DNA of 64,000 nucleotides, taken from NCBI GenBank assembly GCA_033764955.1, contig JANRIL010000005.1:64001-128000 (forward strand). The letters are read 5' to 3'. A program made the position numbers and the translations under genes. Below the pieces are notes generated by a model, which had not been told where the DNA came from, did not search any database, and saw only the letters and a program-made list of their open reading frames with translations. Below, in pieces: positions 10,548 to 21,026 of this stretch (its first letter is position 1; the number at the start of each line of letters is the position of its first letter). Origin of the DNA: Cyanobacteriota bacterium. GTDB taxonomy: Bacteria; Cyanobacteriota; Cyanobacteriia; Thermostichales; Thermostichaceae.

Positions 10548-10828
10548 TGGTTTTCTTCACCCTCCAACCACAATGGTTCAGCTATTTGACTTTAACTCTC
10601 AATAAACACTCGATCAATCAAAAGATCTTGGCTGCTTGGCCTCATCTGGCTCATCCTGTCATAACACTTTCTCTGGATTCCAGGAACAGGCGGATGCGCC
10701 AGCTTTGCTTCCTCCCTTCGCACAGGGAGGGCTGGATCGTTGCCTCCCTTCATGGGCAGAGCGGTAGGAATTTCCCCCAATCAGGTTTATCGTGGAGTGG
10801 CATGGCTAGGCACTAGGTTAGGGGAATT

Positions 10829-12160
10829 GTGGTTTATAACATTGGACTGCTGGGATTGGGAACCGTGGGATCCGGGGTGGTGCAGATCCTCCAGACACCT
10901 CAGCAGCGTCACCGCTTGATTGCCTCCATGCAGATCAGTCGGGTGGCGGTACGCTCGTTAGATAAACCCAGAGACGTCGGGATCCCAGCCTCCCTGTTGA
11001 CGATCCATCCCGAAAAAGTGGTCACGGATCCGGAGATCGATATCGTTGTGGAGTTGATGGGGGGTCTGGAACCCGCCCGCAGTCTGATTTTGCAAGCGAT
11101 CCAGGCAGGCAAGCATGTGGTGACTGCCAATAAAGCTGTGATCGCTCGCTACGGAGCCGAGATTTTTCGAGCGGCGGAAGCGAGGGGGGTTTATGTGTTG
11201 CTAGAGGGAGCAGTCGGGGGAGGGATCCCGATTATTCAATCCTTGAGCCAGTCTTTAGCCGCCAATCGCCTGCAATCGATTCAAGGCATCATCAACGGCA
11301 CCACCAATTTTATCTTGAGCCAGATGAGCCAGTCTCAGACCTCCTACGAGGAGGCATTGCAGATAGCCCAGCAACGCGGCTATGCGGAAGCGGATCCCAC
11401 GGCGGATGTGGACGGCTGGGATGCCGTGGATAAAATTGCCATTTTGGCGAGTTTGGGATTCAGTGCCCAGATTGACCGCGACGCCATTCTATGTGAGGGG
11501 ATCCGGTCGGTGACGGATGCCGATATTCGCTATGCCCGTGAGTGGGGGTTTGTCATTAAGTTGTTAGGGATAGCCCAACGGTATCAGCCGACAGCCGGAG
11601 CGGGGGGAGACTCCTCCGCCATTCTGGATGTGCGAGTTCATCCGGCGCTGTTGCCCCTCTCTCATCCCTTAGCCAGCGTGCATCAAGTGGATAACGCCAT
11701 TTTGGTGCAGGGGGATCCGCTTGGGCAGGTGATGCTGGTGGGGCCAGGAGCGGGGCGGGGAGCAACGGCGAGTGCGGTTGTCTCGGATCTGCTGCTGCTG
11801 CTAGCTCAGCTACCAACCACCCCATCCCTTTCCAACCCTCTCTTGCGTTTTCCTGTCCCACAAGCGGTGGTCTTGCAGAAACGGGAGGACTGGCGTTCTG
11901 AGTTTTATGTGCGCTTGATTGCCCAGGATCAGCCGGGGGTGATTGGGGTGATTGGCAGTGCCTTTGGCCGCTGGGGGGTCAGCCTGGAGTGCATCATGCA
12001 AAAGGCATCCCATGAGGCGACCGCTGAGATTGTCATCCTCACCCACACCGTTTCGGAAGCTAACTTTCAGCAGGCAATTGAGCAAATTCGTCAGCAGGAG
12101 TTGATCCTGTCGATTGCTTCCGTGTTGCGGGTGCAACGGGAAGTGGTGGCCGATTACTAG
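10829..12160 (+). CDS. hom: Homoserine dehydrogenase with ACT domain
   Basis: GLLGLGTVGSG, VVTANKA, GGGIPII, GIINGTTNFIL, GYAEADPTADVDG, GPGAG..ATASAV. Confidence 0.95.
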   Translation: MVYNIGLLGLGTVGSGVVQILQTPQQRHRLIASMQISRVAVRSLDKPRDVGIPASLLTIHPEKVVTDPEIDIVVELMGGLEPARSLILQAIQAGKHVVTANKAVIARYGAEIFRAAEARGVYVLLEGAVGGGIPIIQSLSQSLAANRLQSIQGIINGTTNFILSQMSQSQTSYEEALQIAQQRGYAEADPTADVDGWDAVDKIAILASLGFSAQIDRDAILCEGIRSVTDADIRYAREWGFVIKLLGIAQRYQPTAGAGGDSSAILDVRVHPALLPLSHPLASVHQVDNAILVQGDPLGQVMLVGPGAGRGATASAVVSDLLLLLAQLPTTPSLSNPLLRFPVPQAVVLQKREDWRSEFYVRLIAQDQPGVIGVIGSAFGRWGVSLECIMQKASHEATAEIVILTHTVSEANFQQAIEQIRQQELILSIASVLRVQREVVADY

Positions 12161-12181
12161 CGGAGGTGAAGGGTTGCTCGA

Positions 12182-14092
12182 TCACGACCCAGGCTGGCAA
12201 GCGGAGGGGGGGACATCCAAGCTGGGATTAGCATCGAAAAAGCCGACGGGCTTGAGCATAAAGCCGAGGCTGGCCACGGGCATGATCGGCCAGTCTTCGG
12301 GGCGGGGAATATGATGATGCCCAAAGCTATACCAAAGGACAAGATTGGTTGATTCCAGAGAGCGGTTGGCTGCGCTCCATTCGGGGATCCCGGCACCACC
12401 AGGGTGCTGATTGGGATAATCGCCGGATGGGTAGCGCTGATCGGGATGATAGGGGGTAGCCCAGAGGTGGCGGGTCATGAAGGCAGCCCGCTTCAGGATG
12501 GGGGCATCCGGTTGGGCAAAGGGTAGGGCATTTTCGCCGGGAACCAGTTTGTAGGCCACTGCTTGCCCCAAGCGGTTGTGAACATGGGGGTTGACCACCT
12601 TCCAATAGCGGCAACTCAAGGGATCCACCAAGCGTTGGGCAGACTGTTCGCTGGGCAGCAGGGTTGATTGAGCCAGGAAGGCATTGCCATAGGGATTGGC
12701 CGCCCCGGCGGGGGCAGCAACGGTGTTCACTTCGTAGAGGGAATTTTCGTTGCCATCCACCTGCATATCCAGGCGGGCACAAAAGAAATGTTGATGAACA
12801 AGGGCATTCAGTTGGGGTGCCACCAAGCTGCCGTAGAGAGGATCCTCTGCGGGCAAAGCGGCGGCGGGCAGCAAAATTCCCGTCAGCTTCACCTCCAGTT
12901 GCAGGCTGCCATCCTGATAAAAATACCAGTAGAAACCATATTCATAGTTATCGACTGTGGTGATGAAAGAAATGACTAGCCGCCGCGAACGGCGAACTTC
13001 CGTGTGGTGATTCCGCCAGTCGGTGTGTTTCCAGAGTAGTCCGGCGTCTTCTTCGTGCAGGCAGATAGCCTGGGGAATGATGGATAGGTCGCCGCGGCTA
13101 TCGGTCATCACGGCATCAAAATAAGTAATGTCCCCCAGACAATCGCAGCCCAATTTCAGACTATTGGCTAAGGCTCCAATGCCATGCTCCCCCACATCAA
13201 AGGCATTTTTGCGGAAATGTTGGGGTCGGGGATCCCCGTAGGGCACAACCATTTCAGCAATGGAGGCGCGATAGATAATCGGACGTTGCCGCCCCTGATC
13301 TTGATAGCTGATGGTGTGTAGGACTAAGCCCTCCCGTGGGGTAAAGCCGACGCGAAACTGCCAGCGCTGCCAGGAAACCTGATAGCCCTCCACCCGAAAA
13401 CTGGGGCCTTGCGGCTGCACAATGTGTAAGGGTTTGAGATCCTCCCGAAACTGAGGCATAAAAGCCGCCGCATAGTTGCCCGCTTCGGGGGGAATCGGTA
13501 CGACCCCATAGTCCTCAATGCGAATCACCTGCATTCGATTCAAATCGACAACGGGAATCAGACCCTCAATCGGACGGGCATAGCCATTGCTGCCGGGACT
13601 ATGGCGTAGCCAGCACAGGGCACGCGCCAGCCGGATCCCCACCTCCTCAGCCAACCCAAAGTTCCCCACCGCCCAGGGATCCACCATCACCAGATCAAGG
13701 TCGTGGATGCCCCGCTCCTGCAATTTCTCCCGAAAGTGGGCGTCTGCCTTGACTGCCTGTTCACATTCCGCCAATTCATCGGCCATGATGTTGGGCTGTA
13801 CCCCAGGAATGTTCTGCCAGGAAGTGACCGCCTGTTGGGTGAGGGAAACCACAGCTTCATAGGTTGAGCCAGTGGCGTTATCCAAAAGGATCAGAAAAGC
13901 CTGCCGCTCGCTGGCCTGCCCCGCTTGAAAGGCTTGCACCAGGGATTTGGGGGGTTCCTGCAGCACCACCGTGGCAAAGCGGAACTGGGATCCAACGGCG
14001 CGTTGTTCTCTTAGAATCTGAACTGCCAAAGCTACTTCAGCGGGGGAGAGGGGATCGAGGGGATGGGCAAAGGGAGGGAGGGGATGGGGCAT
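12182..14092 (-). CDS. tynA: Copper-containing primary amine oxidase
   Basis: HPLDPLS, FDVGE (catalytic Asp), GCDCLG, TVDNYEY (TPQ site), HQHFF, HIPRPEDWPIMP. Confidence 0.93.
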   Translation of the reverse strand: MPHPLPPFAHPLDPLSPAEVALAVQILREQRAVGSQFRFATVVLQEPPKSLVQAFQAGQASERQAFLILLDNATGSTYEAVVSLTQQAVTSWQNIPGVQPNIMADELAECEQAVKADAHFREKLQERGIHDLDLVMVDPWAVGNFGLAEEVGIRLARALCWLRHSPGSNGYARPIEGLIPVVDLNRMQVIRIEDYGVVPIPPEAGNYAAAFMPQFREDLKPLHIVQPQGPSFRVEGYQVSWQRWQFRVGFTPREGLVLHTISYQDQGRQRPIIYRASIAEMVVPYGDPRPQHFRKNAFDVGEHGIGALANSLKLGCDCLGDITYFDAVMTDSRGDLSIIPQAICLHEEDAGLLWKHTDWRNHHTEVRRSRRLVISFITTVDNYEYGFYWYFYQDGSLQLEVKLTGILLPAAALPAEDPLYGSLVAPQLNALVHQHFFCARLDMQVDGNENSLYEVNTVAAPAGAANPYGNAFLAQSTLLPSEQSAQRLVDPLSCRYWKVVNPHVHNRLGQAVAYKLVPGENALPFAQPDAPILKRAAFMTRHLWATPYHPDQRYPSGDYPNQHPGGAGIPEWSAANRSLESTNLVLWYSFGHHHIPRPEDWPIMPVASLGFMLKPVGFFDANPSLDVPPSACQPGS

Positions 14093-14162
14093 AGCAAGCA
14101 ATGACCAGTGGACAAAAATTACCCCCAAATCTTAGCGTTAGGGGGCTGGGAGCGGATGGCCG

Positions 14163-15101
14163 ATGACAGGATTAATTGTGGTGTGTGGCCCGACGGCTAC
14201 GGGCAAATCGGATCAGGCGCTGCGGCTTGCCCAAAAATTGGCATCCCCGATCATCGGAGCCGACTCCCGACAAATTTATCGAGACTTTAATATTGGCACT
14301 GCCAAACCTTCTCCCCAGCAGTTGGCCGCTTGGCCTCATTATTTGATTGATTGGGTGGATCCGCGAGAGACGGTTACGCTGGCGGAGTATCAACGGGAGG
14401 CTAGTCGGATCATCCAAGCCACCCAAGCCCAAGGAAGGATCCCGATTGTGGTGGGGGGGACGGGGTTGTATATCCAATCGATTACCGCCGGCCTACAAAT
14501 TCCCGCCGTCCCTCCCCAGCCGGATCTGCGGGCGCAGTTACAAAGCCTGCCCCAGTCTCTTTGTTATGCCTATCTACAACAGGTGGATCCACAGGCCGCC
14601 AACAGGATTCACCCCCACGATGGCGTGCGTACCCTGCGCTCCCTAGAGGTGTATTACACAACTGGGCAACCCCTCTCCCGTCTGCAAGGTTGGCAACCAC
14701 CGGACTATCCGATCCTCTGGCTGGGGTTGACCTCTGCCAAGCCGGATCTGGACAAGCGCATTCGGCAACGGGTGGCTGCGATGATGGAGCAGGGCTGGAT
14801 CGAAGAGGTGATGGAGTTGCAAGCACGCTACGGTCGGGATCTGCCGTTGCTGCAAACCCTGGGCTATGGGGAAATTGGGCAGTATTTAGCAGGCGGGATC
14901 CCCCAGCGGGATCTGGAGCCTCTGATTGGGCAGCACACCCGTCAATTGGCTAAACGGCAACTCACCTGGTTTCGGCGAGTGCCAGCGATCCACTGGTTCG
15001 ACTGCCAAGATCCCCATCTGGAGGAGCAGATGACGGCACGAGTTGAGCAGTTTTTCGATCAGCAGGGCTGGTCGATGTCGAACGATCCAAATAAAGGTTA
15101 A
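14163..15101 (+). CDS. miaA: tRNA dimethylallyltransferase
   Basis: GPTATGKS, ADSRQIYRDFNIGTAKP, VGGTGLY, AKRQLTWFR. Confidence 0.96.
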   Translation: MTGLIVVCGPTATGKSDQALRLAQKLASPIIGADSRQIYRDFNIGTAKPSPQQLAAWPHYLIDWVDPRETVTLAEYQREASRIIQATQAQGRIPIVVGGTGLYIQSITAGLQIPAVPPQPDLRAQLQSLPQSLCYAYLQQVDPQAANRIHPHDGVRTLRSLEVYYTTGQPLSRLQGWQPPDYPILWLGLTSAKPDLDKRIRQRVAAMMEQGWIEEVMELQARYGRDLPLLQTLGYGEIGQYLAGGIPQRDLEPLIGQHTRQLAKRQLTWFRRVPAIHWFDCQDPHLEEQMTARVEQFFDQQGWSMSNDPNKG

Positions 15102-15689
15102 ATGGTGGGGTGGAACGGCTCATCATTCTCAGGAGTGTCATCGGTGGAGCGGCAACCCCTCGATCTGAAAACCCGTATTGGTCGGATCCCCGATTTTCCC
15201 AAACCGGGGATTGTCTTTCGGGATATCACCCCCCTGCTAGGGGATCCCGTCAGCCTGCGGGTAACGGTGGAACAGTTGGCTGATTCCTATGCCGATGTGA
15301 CTTTGGACGCGGTGGTAGGTATCGAATCGCGGGGATTTATTTTGGGAGCTAGCTTGGCCTACCACCTGGGGGTGGGGTTTATTCCGGTACGCAAGCCGGG
15401 GAAGCTGCCCCCACCCGTCTTCAGTCAACGCTATAGCCTGGAATATGGAACCGATCAGTTGGAGTTACGTACCGACAGCCTAGCCCCTGGTCAGCAGGTG
15501 ATCATTGTGGATGATCTGATGGCTACGGGAGGAACCGCCGCCGCCACCGCGCTACTGGTGGAACAAGCCGGAGCACATCTGCGGGGGTTTGGCTTTGTGA
15601 TTGAATTAAGCTTTTTGCAAGGTCGCCAACAGTTGCCGGCAGGGATCCCTATCACCAGCTTGATTGACTATGCCACCCCTGACGAGTAA
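15102..15689 (+). CDS. apt: Adenine phosphoribosyltransferase (true start may be GTG at 15144)
   Basis: [47 protein letters not shown]. Confidence 0.95.
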   Translation: MVGWNGSSFSGVSSVERQPLDLKTRIGRIPDFPKPGIVFRDITPLLGDPVSLRVTVEQLADSYADVTLDAVVGIESRGFILGASLAYHLGVGFIPVRKPGKLPPPVFSQRYSLEYGTDQLELRTDSLAPGQQVIIVDDLMATGGTAAATALLVEQAGAHLRGFGFVIELSFLQGRQQLPAGIPITSLIDYATPDE

Positions 15690-15760
15690 AAATACACTAC
15701 CTCACTGGACTCCGTGAAGGTAGATTAACCAGGGAGATGGACTGGCTTAGACAGGGAAGA

Positions 15761-15843
15761 TGCGGAACCGGGGACTTGAACCCCGAAGGCATTGCTGCCA
15801 CTAGAACCTGAATCTAGCGCGTCTACCATTCCGCCAGTTCCGC
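15761..15843 (-). tRNA. tRNA-Leu (anticodon CAG)
   Basis: Minus strand reads GCGGAACTGGCGGAATGGTAGACGCGCTAGATTCAGGTTCTAG...GGGGTTCAAGTCCCCGGTTCCGCA. Long variable arm; CCA not encoded. Confidence 0.96.
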
Positions 15844-15941
15844 GTTCTTTAGCGATCTATGAGCATGACTGATGCTAGGCTTCCCTGTCAAGCGCATAGC
15901 TGACCAATCGCTAGCGAACCCCTCCCCTACCATCCCATGAT

Positions 15942-16718
15942 TTAGGGATTGGCAAAGCCGCCTAATGGAGATCCCTGGCTGAGATGGCTAGCCGATTGAG
16001 AAAACATCTGAAAGGCGCGGCGAATTTCCTGCTCACTGTGTCCTGGGGTCAAAATCCACTCATCGCGGATCCCCATCTCTCGAAAAACCTGGCGAAAATC
16101 AGTAGCGCCGTCGTCAATACCCATCGCGGCAATGATGTGGTTTTCCGCCCGCAGCATATCCTGTACAATAGCGGCCACATCCTGAGCGGTAGAGTGGTAG
16201 GATCCGGCATCCCCGCCATCCGTAATAATTAGGGTCACGGTTCGCACCGGCACGCCATTATCGCTAAATTCTTGAGATTTGGCGAGAACTGTGCCCAACA
16301 AAATGACGGTTTGATCGTAGAGCGGTGTGCCCAAATTGGGATCATAGTTTTGCGTATTCATGCGAACCGCTTGACCCAAAGGACAATAAGGAAAGAGGAC
16401 AAAACCATTCAGATAGCGGGTATGAACCAGCATGTGATCCTGTTGTTTGGAGGCTGTCAGGGCATCCAAAACGGAATTATGGCCACCTCGCACGGCTTGG
16501 ACATTGCCGCTAAACCGAATGGATCCCGAATCATCCGGCATCATCGTGACCAAAACCACATCACTAGCCGTTACCTGATCAACAGAAATACCCAAACCCG
16601 CTTGAATTTGAGCACCAATATCGATCACATTCAAAGCTTGCAGAGAAGCCGATGAGAGGATCCCTTCATTCTGGGCATTTTGAAAAAGATCCTGAATATT
16701 GGGGGTCGATAAACTCAT
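15942..16718 (-). CDS. vWA (MIDAS) domain protein, TerY/YegL-like
   Basis: DDSGS (DxSxS), GTPLYD and IITDG MIDAS elements; AAGGAG RBS; last gene of the PP2C-kinase operon. Confidence 0.8.
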   Translation of the reverse strand: MSLSTPNIQDLFQNAQNEGILSSASLQALNVIDIGAQIQAGLGISVDQVTASDVVLVTMMPDDSGSIRFSGNVQAVRGGHNSVLDALTASKQQDHMLVHTRYLNGFVLFPYCPLGQAVRMNTQNYDPNLGTPLYDQTVILLGTVLAKSQEFSDNGVPVRTVTLIITDGGDAGSYHSTAQDVAAIVQDMLRAENHIIAAMGIDDGATDFRQVFREMGIRDEWILTPGHSEQEIRRAFQMFSQSASHLSQGSPLGGFANP

Positions 16719-16877
16719 GAGTTAGCTCCTTAAGGGTAGAGAGAAATAATTGGTGAAAAGGGATCCCTAGAGGCTGCCGTGGGTAAGGGATCCCATAGAC
16801 AGAATCCTTCATGATCCAGTCTAAAAAAGGGCAAGCAGCAGCCTTAAGTTATATTTTTGACAAACTTTGTTGATGGT

Positions 16878-17927
16878 TTAGCCAGGAAAACCAGGCCAAC
16901 TAGCGATGGGATCCGTCGATTTCACGATATACATACCCGCATCGGCAAATCGTTGGAAAGCAGCATCCGCTTGATCGGTAAAATCAATCACTCCAGGTAC
17001 TACAACCGGAGAGGTACAATCCTCCAAAAGATAAACTTTACGAGCTAACTGGGGATCTTGTGCCAAAATCTCTGTCAATAGATCATCAATCGTCCAAGCT
17101 ACACAGTGACTTTTGGCCTGTCCAGCAATAATCACCGCATCAAACTCCAATAATCGCTGAATGAAACGGGTATTTTTTTGAGCAATTGGACGACCATCCG
17201 ATCCATCCAAGACTTCGGGGCGTAGAACCGAATAGTTTTCGGTTAACGGATTTCCTCCCTTGATCTCAAAGTTGGTCTGGCTATGGCGGGCAATGGCATG
17301 AAAGAAGATAGCTTCTTCCACAGCAGAAACAAGAGCATGACCAATACCACCTAACATAGAGTGATAAGGCCAAACTGTCAGGGGATATTTTCCTTCATCA
17401 CTCAGTTTTTTGGCATAGTGGATAGCATGATTTTGTAAGGCCATATAGTTTCCTCTTGCCAAACTATAGGCAACAGCTGGATTGACTTTCCATACGCCCT
17501 TTTGCACATCCTCTAGGGTGATCATAGTGGCTGCCGGAATAGGATGTTCACCCGCATCATTCACCCAAAAAATAGGGTGAAAAATCTGCATGGTTGTATG
17601 GGTATCCATCGTCGGGGCAATTTCGCTAATAGAGGCCAGATTCTTGTAGATAAACTCGCACAAACGGCGGTTATCGTCGATAGCTCCGGTGCCAGAACGC
17701 CCCCCCACGTACAATTCAAAATCGGGGAGACAGAAGGTGTTTTGAGCATCAATCACCATCAGGCAAATGCGGGTTTTATCTTTCGCTGCTGGCGAGATCC
17801 CCATGCGTTTTGCCCAAGCTTCCGCTTCGCTGGCCCGCTGCTGATAGGGTACTCGCCACACCTGATTAACCAGATTAGGTTGAAAATGGCTGGGAATGGG
17901 AAGTGGTTGGAGAAGTGTTGTATTCAT
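16878..17927 (-). CDS. Nicotinamidase-like cysteine hydrolase (isochorismatase family, long form)
   Basis: VIDAQNTFC, TMDTH, WPYH, EIKG, AGQAKSHCV (catalytic Cys); clustered with pncB. Confidence 0.82.
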   Translation of the reverse strand: MNTTLLQPLPIPSHFQPNLVNQVWRVPYQQRASEAEAWAKRMGISPAAKDKTRICLMVIDAQNTFCLPDFELYVGGRSGTGAIDDNRRLCEFIYKNLASISEIAPTMDTHTTMQIFHPIFWVNDAGEHPIPAATMITLEDVQKGVWKVNPAVAYSLARGNYMALQNHAIHYAKKLSDEGKYPLTVWPYHSMLGGIGHALVSAVEEAIFFHAIARHSQTNFEIKGGNPLTENYSVLRPEVLDGSDGRPIAQKNTRFIQRLLEFDAVIIAGQAKSHCVAWTIDDLLTEILAQDPQLARKVYLLEDCTSPVVVPGVIDFTDQADAAFQRFADAGMYIVKSTDPIASWPGFPG

Positions 17928-18001
17928 GGTTAAAAGTGGGGTAAAGAAAAGATCGGTGAATTGTTGATGGGCAATCAAAACTGAAGTGTGGATAGATGAA
18001 A

Positions 18002-19924
18002 TTAGGAGCTATCCATTTTTAGCAACTGAATATGTTGGGCTTGCACAACGTATAATCCCTGAGAACAGGCCAATAGTGAGCAGTCCTGCTGAACAAATGG
18101 CTCCGTATCAGAAAATGTCTGGGTCACTCGTAAGTAAGTTTGATCCGGTTCGACACGAACAATTCCTTCGTCAATGGCAACGAAAAGCATAGCACCATTG
18201 GCCACTTTGCCTCCCAACGATCCCAGCCAACTGCCATCTCCTTTTTCCGCTTCAGCCATCGCCAGAAGGGATCCTTTCTGATTGATCAGAAAAGCTTGAT
18301 GAAGCACTTTTCCTTGCGTGGCATGGGCTACTAAAAACCAACAATGAGTGGGGCTAAAATAACAACCCATTTCTAGCAGTTTCCCCACTATTCGTGGAAT
18401 TTTTATCTGATCATTAATTCCACGCCGCTCCACATCAAATAGGAATGCACACTGTAAATCAGCCGCCTGATAAAATCCAAAACCAAAATGGGATCCCACC
18501 CAAATCTGGGTTTGTTGAGCCAAGACATCACCGATGTAAAAGGATCCAAACTGCCCATGCAATAATGGCTCATCCCGCCATAATTTTCCTTGATCGATCC
18601 AATAATGGTGATGGGTATTGACTGCCAATCCTGGCTGAAAAGTCGCGCTATCAATGGAGAGCCGTAAGGGATCCCGTTGCAGAGATAATCCAATGGCGAG
18701 CTGATCTTGAACAATCCAGGTTTGTTTGGGTTGCAGGTAAAAGTGGGCAGGAATGCGTTGCTCAGATAACAAGACCACCGATCCATCTTCCCGTTGAAAT
18801 TTTCCCGATTGGTAACTGAGCCATTGCAGTTGATCCTGATGAACGGCTGCTGCCACAATCAATCCTGTTGTTTGGGTAACTTGCGTGGCAATCACTCGAC
18901 CTTTTACCCGAATGACTTGAGCGATCGATCCTGGTAAAACACAGTGAGGACAACAATGGCGAGCATGTTCTGTCTGACAAGTTGGGCAGGTTTGCCACTT
19001 CAGGTTTTGCAGTAATGCTAGTGGAAAGAGACCGCGATAATCTTTCTGAAAAACCTGATGAAAATAGTTCAGTAACTCATCCGGCAGGCGCTCATAGGGG
19101 AGCGCAGGTTTGGGATATTTCACCTGTGGATGAAATATGGTGATGCGATGTAAAGGTCGCTGTTGGTGTGGAATAGCAGGACTACCGGTTGCGGGTTTAT
19201 AGACGCCTCCATAGGGATCCACATACAACAAGCTTTGCATGACCATAATGGTGAAAGCATACCAGTCAGATAACTGAGAATGTTGCTGTTGTAAAATCAG
19301 ACTTGTAGCTTGCGGATCACACAACAAAGGATCCACAAATTTATGGGTATAGAGGCCACAAACAAATGAATCAAACTGAAAGGAGTCGGCATCGATCAAA
19401 TAGGCTTGTTTGCCCTTAACCAAAACATTCATATCATTAAAATCACCAATCACTACATGGGCAGCGTGCAATTGATGAACGGTTTGATGTAAGTCTTGGA
19501 GAATTTCCAACATCAGGGAATGAGGGATCCCCATTTGATGGCGAAAGCTCCGTTCGGCATAACGAAATAGTCCTTCCGTGGGGTGGAGAAGGGGCATGAC
19601 ATAGCCCAAGATGGTTTGTCCGGAGGAATCAGTTACGAATGCGTTGGGAGTAATGACCTGAGTCGGCAAATGAGTAGGAAATCGTCGTAGTTTTTGCTGA
19701 TGCTCTTGCAGGCGATACTCAGCACTCTTTTGCTCAATGACAGAAGCTTGATAATCAGGATGATCCGGTTGTTTAAATAATTTGAGGACTTGTCCTTGCC
19801 CCAACCGATAAACCTCGGCTTCCCCTCCCTGTCCAATTAACTGGCTGGGTTTTAAGGAAATTTTTTTGCCATTTAGATAAAGCGGTTGCCCTATAGTTGA
19901 GAGATTCTTTTGTTTCGTGTTCAT
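18002..19924 (-). CDS. YegI-like Ser/Thr protein kinase with Zn-ribbon and C-terminal beta-rich domain
   Basis: IGQGGEAEVY, VLKLF, VVIGDFNDMNVLV, LIDADSF, SDWYAF, CPTC..H...CCPHC. GGGAG RBS before the ATG at 19924. Confidence 0.85.
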   Translation of the reverse strand: MNTKQKNLSTIGQPLYLNGKKISLKPSQLIGQGGEAEVYRLGQGQVLKLFKQPDHPDYQASVIEQKSAEYRLQEHQQKLRRFPTHLPTQVITPNAFVTDSSGQTILGYVMPLLHPTEGLFRYAERSFRHQMGIPHSLMLEILQDLHQTVHQLHAAHVVIGDFNDMNVLVKGKQAYLIDADSFQFDSFVCGLYTHKFVDPLLCDPQATSLILQQQHSQLSDWYAFTIMVMQSLLYVDPYGGVYKPATGSPAIPHQQRPLHRITIFHPQVKYPKPALPYERLPDELLNYFHQVFQKDYRGLFPLALLQNLKWQTCPTCQTEHARHCCPHCVLPGSIAQVIRVKGRVIATQVTQTTGLIVAAAVHQDQLQWLSYQSGKFQREDGSVVLLSEQRIPAHFYLQPKQTWIVQDQLAIGLSLQRDPLRLSIDSATFQPGLAVNTHHHYWIDQGKLWRDEPLLHGQFGSFYIGDVLAQQTQIWVGSHFGFGFYQAADLQCAFLFDVERRGINDQIKIPRIVGKLLEMGCYFSPTHCWFLVAHATQGKVLHQAFLINQKGSLLAMAEAEKGDGSWLGSLGGKVANGAMLFVAIDEGIVRVEPDQTYLRVTQTFSDTEPFVQQDCSLLACSQGLYVVQAQHIQLLKMDSS

Positions 19925-19937
19925 GGTTTGCTCCCGT

Positions 19938-20813
19938 TTATCCAGGTTTCTTTTGTCGCAAAACAATCAACGTTGTATCGTCGGGAAGTAATCCTGAGTG
20001 CCTGATTAACTGGCGAGCTGCCCAGTCAGGAACCGTCACATCACGGTTAATCAGATTGAGGTGACGTTGCAGCATTTGGGGGTTTTGAAAATAGCGATCT
20101 TCCTGCCAAAACTGGCTGATGAATCCGACCCGATCATGACGACCTGGCAAAGGATGATCAGCTTTGCTGAGGAGATCATTGACACCATCTGTGCCAATTA
20201 ACAATGAGTGCAGAGCTTGGGTAGGGATCACCCTCACCACTTGTATCGGATAGTGCAACCCCAATAATCCATAGCCTAAATAGGGAGGGCTATTATCTGC
20301 CTCTAAGGTCAGCACTTCATGATTTAGGATAAACACCCCATCACCTAAAGCAAATAACACACTGTGACTGGGGGTAATCACACAACCCACGAGGGTAAAT
20401 AAGAAATAATCCTGTACCATTTGTCCGCGATTTTGACCCATTAAATCAGCCAAACTAGCGATTTGTCTCAAGACTTCGCTTTGCACCCATTCCCAATCCA
20501 GCTCCCCCCATTGCAGTGCCATTGCAATCGTTTGCAGCAACAGCCGGGATCCCACTTTGGCTCCGATTTCGCTATGTTTGCTGCTGCCACATCCGTCACA
20601 AACCAGAGCAATCAAAAAATCCTCGGTTTTGAGCACCTGATAGCTGTCTTGGTTGTTGCGCCCCAGACGACGATGCTCAGTTCCTACCACCGAACCACAA
20701 GCCCATTCCAGAGGATCCCAGATCGGACGACCCTCCGCCACCGCTTTAGAATCAAAAGAACTTGCGGCTGAATCGTGCGGGTTGGGCAGGGGGGAACAGT
20801 CAAATCCAGTCAT
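19938..20813 (-). CDS. PP2C-family protein phosphatase (YegK/PphC-like)
   Basis: GSVVGTEH...NNQDS, VCDGCGS, LGDG, GTDG, DDTTL. Confidence 0.87.
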   Translation of the reverse strand: MTGFDCSPLPNPHDSAASSFDSKAVAEGRPIWDPLEWACGSVVGTEHRRLGRNNQDSYQVLKTEDFLIALVCDGCGSSKHSEIGAKVGSRLLLQTIAMALQWGELDWEWVQSEVLRQIASLADLMGQNRGQMVQDYFLFTLVGCVITPSHSVLFALGDGVFILNHEVLTLEADNSPPYLGYGLLGLHYPIQVVRVIPTQALHSLLIGTDGVNDLLSKADHPLPGRHDRVGFISQFWQEDRYFQNPQMLQRHLNLINRDVTVPDWAARQLIRHSGLLPDDTTLIVLRQKKPG

Positions 20814-20838
20814 AGTATGGGGAAGGGAGAGGATTTAT

Positions 20839-20859
20839 TTTTGGTTAAATTTACCATAA
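20839..20859 (-). promoter_or_regulatory. NrtR-type operator upstream of the PP2C-kinase-nicotinamidase-vWA operon
   Basis: Minus strand TTATGGT-AAATTTA-ACCAAAA, a 21-bp imperfect palindrome with a GT-N7-AC core, 25 bp before the ATG. Confidence 0.65.
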
Positions 20860-21026
20860 CATGCCGAATGAAGGCTGTCTAGGAGGGGAGGCAAAATCTT
20901 CCCGAGCTTTTTCCAGAAAGGCGGAATTATGGGATCTCTAGCTGCAAGCGGAGGAGATGTCTGACTGTCGCACCGATGAGGCTGAGATGCTAATTCCGTC
21001 TCATTTTTTTGAGAAATGCCTTTACT

